Of a DNA stretch of 64,000 nt, positions 56,188 through 64,000 are shown piece after piece (the first letter of the stretch is position 1; the number at the start of each line of letters is the position of its first letter). The notes beneath the pieces were generated by a model. It saw only the letters and a program-made list of their open reading frames with translations. It ran no database searches and was not told the origin of the DNA. The translations under genes were made by a program, and so were the position numbers. Origin of the DNA: an uncultured Hyphomicrobiales bacterium (GTDB lineage: Bacteria; Bacteroidota; Ignavibacteria; Kapaibacteriales; UBA2268); NCBI GenBank assembly GCA_964454445.1, contig CAYVTD010000012.1:45-64044 (forward strand). Reading direction: 5' to 3'.

Positions 56188-56441
56188 TATGTGGTGTTTT
56201 ACAAAACATAATAATTTTTTTCAGACAAAAAAGAACTATTTTCAAAACATTTTTCATAGAAATATCTTCTAATCCTTGAAGTAATGATTCTTTTGAATTA
56301 TTGCAAACAAATAAAAAAAAATCGCTTAGTAGTTTAGAGTTGCTCAAACCATTTAGCGATTATTGTTTATTTATATGACTAGAAAAACCAGGGGCTTCTC
56401 GAAAAAATCCATATTTTGAACTTGATACGAATAATTCGATA

Positions 56442-58073
56442 CTACTTCCCGGCTTTTTCTCTCTCGTCGAGAATAGCTAATGCCTCTTTCATCATCTTGT
56501 CAGCCCGTTTAACTATTGCCTCAGCCTCTTCGAGAATTGTATTTTTATATTTCTCGTCATTGATACCCGGTAAATTGATTAAAACGTTTTTATATGCCCC
56601 CCAGATGCCCACTTCCAAAGCTCTAGCACCTACCTCGACATCCGATTTTGAATTAATATTGCCATATTTAGCTGTTCCGATTAGTGCATCCCAAGCGGCA
56701 TTGCCATATTTCATCGTTGCAAGCGGTACATTGATAGCTTTTTTCAATCCCTCTTGCATAGCTTGCTCGCGTGCCTGCTTTTGCTCGTCTGTGTCTTTGG
56801 GCAAACGGATAGCGTCCATATAATCATTGAAAGCATTAGTGTCTGCATCAATCATTGGGATAAGATTTTGGACTTGTTTATATAATGGAGGAATTGCATT
56901 TCGCATTTCTTGCTCGAGATGGTCGAACTTGCGAACTCCATAAGTTAATTGTGAGACCATACAAGCCAAACCAGCACCAATGGCAGCAATAGCCGCTGAA
57001 GCAGAACCACCACCGGGTGCGCTAGTCCTTGCCGAAACCGCTTCGATAAATTTTCTTGTTGTGAGCGATGCCAACGGCTCTTTAGGCTCTTCGGCAATAA
57101 TATATTCAATGATTTTTTCTTTTGGATTGAATGGACTAATCGAATTAAGCCCCAATCTATCGATGACAAGTTTAATTTTCGTTGCTTCGTCGATAATAAA
57201 TAGATTATCTTTTTTAATATAATAATCAGCCGCCATAAGCATAGCTTCCAAAGGAATTAGCCCAACTAGCTCCGAACCTGCAACGGCTATTTTGAGTTCT
57301 TTTGCATCTTTCAATGCCTCTTCGAAAAAAACGTGAGGGGGGGTAACATTGTAATCAGTTAGATTGGCTGTAATCTGAGCCATACCGTATTCTTCGACAA
57401 ACCAGCCCATAGCTTTCACTTCTTTCAACCGACCAGGTTCTTTATCGTTCCTGCCTTGCTCGCGAAGATTGAGAGCAATACGGTGCGCCTGATTATGTGT
57501 TGCAAGTATATTAACATTGTAGGCAATTAAAAAGGTCCTTGCACCGGTGGCAGTAGCTCCCCATTCGGGAACGAATTCGCTTGGCCCGAAATCGGGCTTC
57601 CATTTTGGATCCTTCATTTTTTCAGCCATACCTTCATACTCGCCTTTGCGAATTTGAGGCAGTTTCTTGCGATATTCTTGCTCGGCAGCTTCTTCATAAA
57701 GAAAAAAAGGAATACCGAGTTCTTCAGCTGCTCTGCGGGCAAATTCTTTTGCAAGAGCAACACATTCCTGCATTGTAACATTAGCAACCGGCACAAAAGG
57801 ACAGACATCCATTGCTCCCATCCGGGGATGCTCGCCCTTGTGATGCCGCATGTCAATAAGTTTACGGGCAGTCCGAGCCGCAGATAATGCCCCTTCAACG
57901 ACATCTTCTGGCTCGCCGACGAAAGTATATACTGTCCTGTTTGTCGATTTACCAGGGTCAACATCTAAAAGCGAACAACCTTTGGTATTTCTGATTGCTT
58001 CGGCAATAGAATTAATTATTTCTTCATTTCTTCCTTCCGAAAAATTCGGAACACATTCCACAATTTTTTTCAT
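56442..58073 (-). CDS. ftcD: Bifunctional glutamate formimidoyltransferase / formiminotetrahydrofolate cyclodeaminase
   Basis: The N-terminus (MKKIVECVPNFSEGRNEEIINSI) is the FTCD_N signature. The C-terminal ~200 aa is a helical cyclodeaminase domain. The two are fused in one 543-aa ORF. Confidence 0.8.
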   Translation of the reverse strand: MKKIVECVPNFSEGRNEEIINSIAEAIRNTKGCSLLDVDPGKSTNRTVYTFVGEPEDVVEGALSAARTARKLIDMRHHKGEHPRMGAMDVCPFVPVANVTMQECVALAKEFARRAAEELGIPFFLYEEAAEQEYRKKLPQIRKGEYEGMAEKMKDPKWKPDFGPSEFVPEWGATATGARTFLIAYNVNILATHNQAHRIALNLREQGRNDKEPGRLKEVKAMGWFVEEYGMAQITANLTDYNVTPPHVFFEEALKDAKELKIAVAGSELVGLIPLEAMLMAADYYIKKDNLFIIDEATKIKLVIDRLGLNSISPFNPKEKIIEYIIAEEPKEPLASLTTRKFIEAVSARTSAPGGGSASAAIAAIGAGLACMVSQLTYGVRKFDHLEQEMRNAIPPLYKQVQNLIPMIDADTNAFNDYMDAIRLPKDTDEQKQAREQAMQEGLKKAINVPLATMKYGNAAWDALIGTAKYGNINSKSDVEVGARALEVGIWGAYKNVLINLPGINDEKYKNTILEEAEAIVKRADKMMKEALAILDEREKAGK

Positions 58074-58172
58074 TTTTTCCTAATTAATTATAATCCTAAA
58101 GTGAATAGTTTTCCATTAAATGAATTTATGCTGTCCTTAGCTGCTTTGCTATTAATTGTCGATAAAAAACAA

Positions 58173-59462
58173 TTAACCTTTCATAAGGTCTTCGATTTCC
58201 TCAATTTCAATCGGAATATTTTTCATCAGGTCCACAGGTTCGTTTTCTGTAACTAAAATGTCATTTTCAATACGAATGCCTATTCCTTCTTCTAAGATAT
58301 AAATTCCTGGCTCGCAAGAAAAGACCATACCGGGTTGCAAAATTTCTTGTTTGAAGCCTACATCGTGTACATCGAGTCCCATAAAATGTGATGTGCCGTG
58401 CATATAATACTTATCTCTAAGCTTTTTCTCAGGATTTTGATTTTTAACATCTTCTTCGCTGAACAAACCAAGCCCGATCATTTCTTTTTCCAATACATCT
58501 TGCACTTTGGAATGGTAAGCATCGATAGTTGTGCCCGGTCTGAGCATTTTTATTGCTTCTTTCATCGAGCGAAGAACAGCATTGTAGCATTGTTTTTGTC
58601 TATCACTAAATTTGCCGTTTACTGGTATTGTTCTGCTAAGGTCGCCAGAGTAATTTGCATATTCGGCTCCAATATCGAGCAACAACAGATCTCCGTCTTT
58701 GCAAACCTTATTGTTTTCGACATAGTGAAGAACACATGCACTTGCACCAGAAGCAATTATCGGATAATAAGCATGCCCGTTAGCACGATTTCTAATGAAT
58801 TCGTGAATAATTTCAGCTTCGACTTCATATTCCATCACACCCGGCTTTACAAAACGCAAAACTCGACGAAATGCCTTTTCAGTTATATCGCAAGCCTCTT
58901 GCATAAGAGCAACTTCTTGTGGCATTTTGATAGTGCGCAAACGGCCTATAATGGGTGCAGAGCGTTTGTATTCGTGCAAAGGATAGCGCTGTTTCAACCA
59001 TTTGACAAAGCGCAATTCTGAAGTTTCGACAGGGCTTGCATAGCGAATATTTTCATTTATATTTAGATACACGTTGTCTGCGTTAGCCATTAGATCGGCG
59101 AGGATACCCTCAAATTTATCGAGCCATTCGACGCGCTTTATACCGGAAGTCTCTGATGCTTCGTCTTTAGAATACTTTTTTCCATACCAAATTGCAATTT
59201 CTTCGCTTGTTTCTTCGGTGAACAAGATTTCGAGCATATTCTCGCGATTCGAATCCGGATACATCATCAGAATTGATTTTGCTTGGTCAATTCCAGTAAG
59301 ATAGAACATATCAGAAGATTGACGAAACGGAAAAAACTGATCGCCATTGCGGGGCATGTCGTCGTTAGAAACAAATATAGCTAACGAATTGGGCAACATA
59401 TTCTTTGCAAAGCGCTTCCTGTTTTCTATAAATAAACTAGCATCGATTCTGTTATATTTCAT
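58173..59462 (-). CDS. pepP: Xaa-Pro aminopeptidase (M24B, PepP-like)
   Basis: It has an AMP_N-like N-terminal domain and an M24 core (HGTSHFMGLDVHDVG, plus a Glu/Glu metal-ligand pattern). I chose the start at ATG 59460-59462 (MKYNRIDASLF); the ORF track extends it to 59555 through a hydrophobic region that looks non-coding. Confidence 0.8.
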   Translation of the reverse strand: MKYNRIDASLFIENRKRFAKNMLPNSLAIFVSNDDMPRNGDQFFPFRQSSDMFYLTGIDQAKSILMMYPDSNRENMLEILFTEETSEEIAIWYGKKYSKDEASETSGIKRVEWLDKFEGILADLMANADNVYLNINENIRYASPVETSELRFVKWLKQRYPLHEYKRSAPIIGRLRTIKMPQEVALMQEACDITEKAFRRVLRFVKPGVMEYEVEAEIIHEFIRNRANGHAYYPIIASGASACVLHYVENNKVCKDGDLLLLDIGAEYANYSGDLSRTIPVNGKFSDRQKQCYNAVLRSMKEAIKMLRPGTTIDAYHSKVQDVLEKEMIGLGLFSEEDVKNQNPEKKLRDKYYMHGTSHFMGLDVHDVGFKQEILQPGMVFSCEPGIYILEEGIGIRIENDILVTENEPVDLMKNIPIEIEEIEDLMKG

Positions 59463-59576
59463 TTTTATCCCCTTATATAATAAAAAAATATTGAAAAATT
59501 CTTTATAAGAAAGCAAATATACAATTAAATTGAAAAATTTCAAAGTTTTCATCATTTTTTTTGAGTTGTTAGAGGC

Positions 59577-59736
59577 AAACCTTCCGAAGGTTTATAACCT
59601 TCAGAAGGTTTTATATTAATACTCACAAAAAAAATATTATTTTAAATAAATTGTAACTTTTCAGCGAAAACTATGTATTATCATATATGTAAATGTGAAA
59701 ATCACAAAAAACAAACCATTAACTTTAGGAGTATGT
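59577..59736 (+). promoter_or_regulatory. Conserved hairpin plus leader/promoter block upstream of protease copy 1
   Basis: A hairpin AAACCTTCCGAAGG-(loop)-CCTTCAGAAGGTTT with one mismatch is followed by TTTTATATTAATACT and the conserved block TGTAACTTTT..GCGA...TGTATTATCA..TATGTAAATGTGAAAATCACAAAAA. The same block recurs 3220 bp downstream. Confidence 0.5.
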
Positions 59737-62700
59737 ATGAGAAAAAAACTAATGTCTCTAACTATAAGCATTCAACTTATATTAGTGTTTTTCACCTTAA
59801 ACGCTAGCGCTGATGATATATATATGAATAGCTTAGAATTACGCTTGCCACAAGAAAAGTATCAAAGTGTGGAATTGCTTACAACTAAAACACCGGAATC
59901 GACTCTTTGGCAAAAATTTTATAAAGATAACGGCGAATGGACAATCAATTTTGATAAATTAACATTGATGCCACATCGAGCTTTCGGTAAGTCAATTAAA
60001 ATCGACGGATTTGAAAAAATCAATAAAGAAAATATACAGCAGGCTGCTTTATCTTTTTTAAAGGAATATGAATCTACCTTTAATATTAGTGTAAACGATC
60101 TTCGATTTTTAAGAGCAACAAAAGCTGGCAAGGTTTGGTATGTAAGTTACCGCCAATTTGTTAAAGGAATCGAAGTGCTAACTTCAGAAATCGAGTTGAG
60201 AATCTTTGAAAATGGTAAGGTAATGGCATTTGGAATTGACTTTTTCAACGATATTTCGCTTGAACAAACTCAAATTGGAAATGAAAATGGTTTTTCGTTA
60301 GAACCCAAGATTTCTTATAATGTGGCAAAAGAAAAAGCAATGACTGGATTTAGCGAGAAAGCAAGGGCAAATGCTGTTATTTTAAGCGACGAACGCAGTG
60401 GACATACATATATCTTACCTGTCAAAACAAGTAACAAAATCACATATCATCTCGTTTATGATGTTAAAGTTCGCAGTATGGAGCCGTTTGGCATTTTTCA
60501 CACTTATATTGACGCAAAGAGCGGTGAGATACTCCGTCGAGTTAATTTAGTCAATAATGCTACGCAATTTGGTGTTTCCGGTGATGTTAAAATGAAAAGC
60601 GCTAACGATACACTTGTAAACAAGCCCTTTAGTTTTCAAAACATCAAGATTAATAATAACAACTATGTTACTGACATAAAAGGCAATATCGATGTTGAAA
60701 CTTCCGGCGTATCCACATATCTTGCCAGTTTTGATGGACCATATTGCAAAGTTGATTATGATGGAAGAGTGCGTTCTTCTGCTAGTGGCACATTTTCTGC
60801 TAATGAGCCATTCGCCTTTAATTGGAATGACAATAATTCTACGTTATTCGAAAGAAATCTATTCTTTCATGCTAACCATATCAGAGAAAAATACAAGGAG
60901 ATTGATCCAGATTGTAATGTGATGGACAGGCTGATAACCATAGTCCTGCAAATGAAGTCACAAATGGGGACCAATGCTTATTCTAATTTAGACTCGATTG
61001 TCTTTACCAATGTTAGCGACGAATCAATGGTGCTCGCTGGCGGTCCTTCTGTCCTCTACCATGAATGGGGTCATTCGCTTAATAATCTCTTATATCAATC
61101 ACAAGGTTCACCGGAAGGAATGGTCAATCCAGGATGCCACGAAGGAACGGCTGATGCTACTTCTTGCTTGTTAATCGATGACTCAAGGATTGGACCAGGT
61201 GTTTTCAAAGCAGACACTAGCTTGTCTATAAGAAATTTACTCAATCAGAATAAATATCCAGATGATATCAGTGGCGAATCGCATAATGATGGGCAAATAC
61301 TTGGTGGAGCTATTTGGGATCTACGTTTGGCAACAACAAATGAACTCACAACGCATTTGTTGCAATTTGCCAGATATGGCTTGCCTGATGACTATGATAT
61401 TGGAATTGCTTTTTCAGAGTGGTTCATCGAGTTTCTTGTTGCCGACGATGACGATGGGGATTTATCTAATGGGACACCACATCTTTTGGAAATCATTAGT
61501 TCATTTAATAATCATCAAATAGGTACAAACCTAATCGCTGCATTGAGTTTTTCGCATATTTCATTGAAGGATACAGAAAATTATAAAGATCCTTTTACAG
61601 TCAATTTCGACTTTGATATAAAAAGTGCATTTCCTTTGAAGACTGATTCTGTCCGATTAGCATATACTACAGACGACTTTGCAACAATAAGTTACGTAAG
61701 CGCAACTGAGTATGGCCCTGGCAAATATACAGCAGACATTCCTGGACAAGAAGCAAGTAAGTTCATTAAGTACTTCATGGTTTGTTATGATCCTTACTCA
61801 AAGTCTTTTATAGATTTACCCCTAACGGGCAGAAAAGAGCCATTTTCATTTCTTGCCGGCTATAAACAAGTGGTTTATGAGAATTTCGAGGATGCAAGCA
61901 ATTGGAAGATGGGTGATGTTGATGATAATTTTGCAGGCAAGGGCTATTCTATTGCAGAGCCTAAGGAGGTAAATCTTGGCATTTTTGGTGCCCCAGAAAT
62001 TATACTTCAACCTGCCGGTGGGCATAGCGAGGAGGGAAAGAAATGCATTGTAACAGGTCCCGAAACGTCTAACGGTTTCAATTTCATCAATTATTTCTTT
62101 ATTTCAGGCAAAACAACTGCTTTTTCTCCGATATATGACTTTTCCTCCTATAGCAATGCTATCTTAAGTTATTATGAATGGTTTAATGTTCTATCCTTAG
62201 GTGAGCCAAATCCAGATAATCCACCAACATTAAGCATCTCTTATAGTGCAAACGGTGGTGAGTGGACAACTCTTTATAAAGGAATGCCTTCAGGTTCGGG
62301 ATGGCTCAAAAAAACAATCAGTATCCCGAAAGAAGTTAATGGAGCAAAAGAAGTGCAGTTTCGTTTTGTCTTGGAAAACCCTTCCCAACAGTATGAAGCA
62401 TTAGTCGAAAGCCTTATAGACGACTTTGAGATATTAGTGCCAATTAGTAATATTTCGTCAATAAAGGACAATCAACTAATAGCACTAAGTACCGTACAAT
62501 GTTTTCCAAATCCGTTTAACGAATACTCAAGAATAGATTATTCTATGAGCCAGTCAACTGATGTAACACTCCGAATTCTGGATATATTTGGCAATACTAT
62601 ATATGAAAAAACACTAAATAACCAGACGGAAGGGCATAATAGTATTATTTGGGATGGGCTCGACAGCAATGGTGTTAAGGTGTCGAGTGGAATGTATTTC

Positions 62701-62754
62701 GTAGAAATCAGTACTGGTGCCAAACGTTCGTTTGGAAAATTGGTAAAAATGTAA
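59737..62754 (+). CDS. T9SS-secreted zinc metalloprotease (gluzincin, M4/M36-like) with an N-terminal FTP/PepSY-like propeptide and a C-terminal T9SS sorting domain; copy 1 of a tandem pair
   Basis: The HExxH motif is VLYHEWGHSL, with a downstream third ligand EGTAD. The propeptide-like block is QQAALSFLKEYESTF...WYVSYRQFVKGIEV. The C-terminal domain (CFPNPFNEYSRIDYS...GMYFVEISTGAKRSFGKLVKM) fits the sorting-domain pattern. AGGAG sits 6 nt upstream of the ATG. Confidence 0.7.
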   Translation: MRKKLMSLTISIQLILVFFTLNASADDIYMNSLELRLPQEKYQSVELLTTKTPESTLWQKFYKDNGEWTINFDKLTLMPHRAFGKSIKIDGFEKINKENIQQAALSFLKEYESTFNISVNDLRFLRATKAGKVWYVSYRQFVKGIEVLTSEIELRIFENGKVMAFGIDFFNDISLEQTQIGNENGFSLEPKISYNVAKEKAMTGFSEKARANAVILSDERSGHTYILPVKTSNKITYHLVYDVKVRSMEPFGIFHTYIDAKSGEILRRVNLVNNATQFGVSGDVKMKSANDTLVNKPFSFQNIKINNNNYVTDIKGNIDVETSGVSTYLASFDGPYCKVDYDGRVRSSASGTFSANEPFAFNWNDNNSTLFERNLFFHANHIREKYKEIDPDCNVMDRLITIVLQMKSQMGTNAYSNLDSIVFTNVSDESMVLAGGPSVLYHEWGHSLNNLLYQSQGSPEGMVNPGCHEGTADATSCLLIDDSRIGPGVFKADTSLSIRNLLNQNKYPDDISGESHNDGQILGGAIWDLRLATTNELTTHLLQFARYGLPDDYDIGIAFSEWFIEFLVADDDDGDLSNGTPHLLEIISSFNNHQIGTNLIAALSFSHISLKDTENYKDPFTVNFDFDIKSAFPLKTDSVRLAYTTDDFATISYVSATEYGPGKYTADIPGQEASKFIKYFMVCYDPYSKSFIDLPLTGRKEPFSFLAGYKQVVYENFEDASNWKMGDVDDNFAGKGYSIAEPKEVNLGIFGAPEIILQPAGGHSEEGKKCIVTGPETSNGFNFINYFFISGKTTAFSPIYDFSSYSNAILSYYEWFNVLSLGEPNPDNPPTLSISYSANGGEWTTLYKGMPSGSGWLKKTISIPKEVNGAKEVQFRFVLENPSQQYEALVESLIDDFEILVPISNISSIKDNQLIALSTVQCFPNPFNEYSRIDYSMSQSTDVTLRILDIFGNTIYEKTLNNQTEGHNSIIWDGLDSNGVKVSSGMYFVEISTGAKRSFGKLVKM

Positions 62755-62768
62755 CCCCCCCCCGCCCC
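62755..62768 (+). repeat. Homopolymeric C tract (C9-G-C4) immediately 3' of the TAA stop of protease copy 1
   Basis: The tract is seen directly. It is the longest G/C homopolymer in a window where runs of more than 6 G or C are rare. Confidence 0.9.
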
Positions 62769-62796
62769 ATCTTCTAAAAGTTAGCTTTCAAGAAGG

Positions 62797-62961
62797 AAAC
62801 CTTCCGAAGGTCTGAAATCTTCGGAAGGTTTTATATTAATACTAATACTCGCAAAAACTGTTGTTTTTGAATAAAACTGTAACTTTTTTGCGACTTCAAG
62901 TGTATTATCAAGTATGTAAATGTGAAAATCACAAAAATCAATTGTTTAATTAGGGGTAATT
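62797..62961 (+). promoter_or_regulatory. Second copy of the conserved hairpin plus leader block (upstream of protease copy 2, downstream of copy 1)
   Basis: It is a perfect 12-bp stem AACCTTCCGAAG / CTTCGGAAGGTT with the 9-nt loop GTCTGAAAT, followed by TTTTATATTAATACT and the same conserved leader block. It probably also serves as the terminator for copy 1. Confidence 0.5.
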
Positions 62962-64000
62962 ATGACAAAAAAACTAATATTACTAGCTATAAGCGTTCAG
63001 CTTATATTCGGATTATTCATTTTTAATACTAATGCAAAAGATGGTTATATTAAAAGCTTAGAGTTGCGTTTACCACAAGAAAAGTTTCAAAATATGGAAT
63101 TGCTGACAACTATTCCGCCAAAATCAACTCTTTGGCAAAATTTTTATAAGGATAACGGTGAATGGACAATCAGTTTTGATAAATTAACATTGATGCCACA
63201 TCGAGCTTTCGGTAAGTCGATAAAAATCGATGGATTTGAAAAAATCGACAAAGAAAATATACAACAGGCAGCTTTATCCTTTTTGAAGAAATATGAATCT
63301 ACATTTAATATAAATATCAACGATCTTCGTTTTTTAAGAGCAACGAAAGCTGGCAAGGTTTGGTATGTGAGTTTTCGCCAATTTGTTAAAGGAATCGAAG
63401 TGCTAACTTCAGAAATCGAATTGAGGATCTTTGAAAATGGTAAGATAATGGCATTTGGAATTGACTTTTTCAACGATATTTCGCTTGAACAAACTCAAAT
63501 TGGAAATGAAAATGGTTTTTCGTTAGAACCCAAGATTTCTTATAATGTGGCAAAAGAAAAAGCAATGGCTGGATTTAGCGAAAAGACAAAATCTAATGCT
63601 GTTATTTTAAGCGATGACCGCAGTGGACAAACATTTATATTGCCCGTCAAAACGAGCAACAGCATCACATTTCATCTTGTTTATGACGTCAAAGTTCGCA
63701 GTTTCGAACCATTTGGCATTTTCCATTCTTATATAGATGCGAATAGCGGCGAGATGCTCCGTCGAGTTGATTTAGTCAATAATGCTACACATTTTGGCGT
63801 TTCCGGTGATATAAGAATGAGAACATCTAACGATACAATTATGAACAAACCCTTTAGTTTTCAAAACATAAAAATAAATGGCCAGAACTATGTTACTGAC
63901 GAAAAAGGCAATATCAACGTTGAAATTGATAAAAAATCCACATTTCAAGCAACATTTGATGGACCATATTGCAAAGTAGATTATGATGGAAGGTCGCGTT
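62962..64000 (+). CDS. Paralogous T9SS-secreted M4/M36-like metalloprotease, copy 2 of the tandem pair. Its 3' end is truncated by the window: the first ~346 aa (propeptide region) lie within the window.
   Basis: Over the first ~340 aa it is ~75% identical by eye to copy 1 (the same LELRLPQEK...KAGKVWYVS...VNNAT...GPYCKVDYDGR blocks). Confidence 0.65.
   Translation, partial: MTKKLILLAISVQLIFGLFIFNTNAKDGYIKSLELRLPQEKFQNMELLTTIPPKSTLWQNFYKDNGEWTISFDKLTLMPHRAFGKSIKIDGFEKIDKENIQQAALSFLKKYESTFNININDLRFLRATKAGKVWYVSFRQFVKGIEVLTSEIELRIFENGKIMAFGIDFFNDISLEQTQIGNENGFSLEPKISYNVAKEKAMAGFSEKTKSNAVILSDDRSGQTFILPVKTSNSITFHLVYDVKVRSFEPFGIFHSYIDANSGEMLRRVDLVNNATHFGVSGDIRMRTSNDTIMNKPFSFQNIKINGQNYVTDEKGNINVEIDKKSTFQATFDGPYCKVDYDGRSR

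Noticed and set aside
56119-56277. A 51-aa His/Pro-rich ORF (MAPSSPSHPHQNTTRLISH...) inside the inverted-repeat region
   Set aside because: It is below the size cutoff, has no RBS, and its composition is driven by the CA-rich repeat loop. It is more likely non-coding, so I kept it as an RNA/structure candidate instead.
59463-59555. A 31-aa N-terminal extension of pepP in the ORF track (MMKTLKFFNLIVYLLSYKEFFNIFLLYKGIK)
   Set aside because: M24B aminopeptidases are cytoplasmic and have no such hydrophobic leader. The internal Met at 59462 gives a canonical PepP N-terminus, so the extension is likely non-coding.
1-64000. A search for CRISPR arrays, insertion sequence (IS) elements, integrases and toxin-antitoxin pairs
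   Set aside because: I saw no regularly spaced direct repeats, no transposase or integrase-like ORFs (no DDE or tyrosine-recombinase motifs), and no small paired ORFs with toxin-antitoxin features. The only large repeat is the tandem protease duplication.

Overview
The window looks like a low-GC chromosomal segment from an FCB-group bacterium (Bacteroidota or Ignavibacteriota-like). I call about 46 protein-coding genes and one tRNA-Met(CAT); coding density is high, intergenic regions are AT-rich, and Shine-Dalgarno-like motifs are few. I saw no transposases, integrases, CRISPR arrays or obvious defence genes. Type IX secretion (T9SS) is the recurring theme. At least four proteins carry a C-terminal T9SS sorting domain: a BNR/Asp-box sialidase-like protein, a large PKD/Ig-repeat adhesin, and two tandem M4/M36-like zinc metalloprotease paralogs. 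A PorX-type regulator (receiver fused to a PglZ domain) is also present. Other contents are an ECF sigma factor with its anti-sigma factor, two tandem DUF3857/transglutaminase-like paralogs, a DUF2723 GT-C membrane protein paired with a GT2 (Dpm1-like) transferase, TrkA/TrkH, housekeeping genes (cdsA, murQ, panD, panC, speA, speB, hslO, pepP, ftcD), an HlyD/FtsX-permease/TolC efflux operon, and a PAS protein-histidine kinase-sigma-54 activator operon followed by a YceI-YceI-porin operon. Candidates for new biology, all inferred by eye and without database searches: (1) the DUF2723 + GT2 pair as a possible protein O-glycosylation module; (2) the PorX neighbourhood, which contains an unusual receiver-kinase hybrid; (3) a sigma-54 promoter-like motif placing the YceI/porin operon under the upstream two-component system; (4) a split DUF3391/HDOD/GAF-kinase signalling cluster; (5) an anti-sigma factor with a beta-barrel-like C-terminal domain; (6) a tandem protease duplication with a conserved hairpin-plus-leader and a C9 tract; and (7) an active/inactive transglutaminase-like paralog pair.
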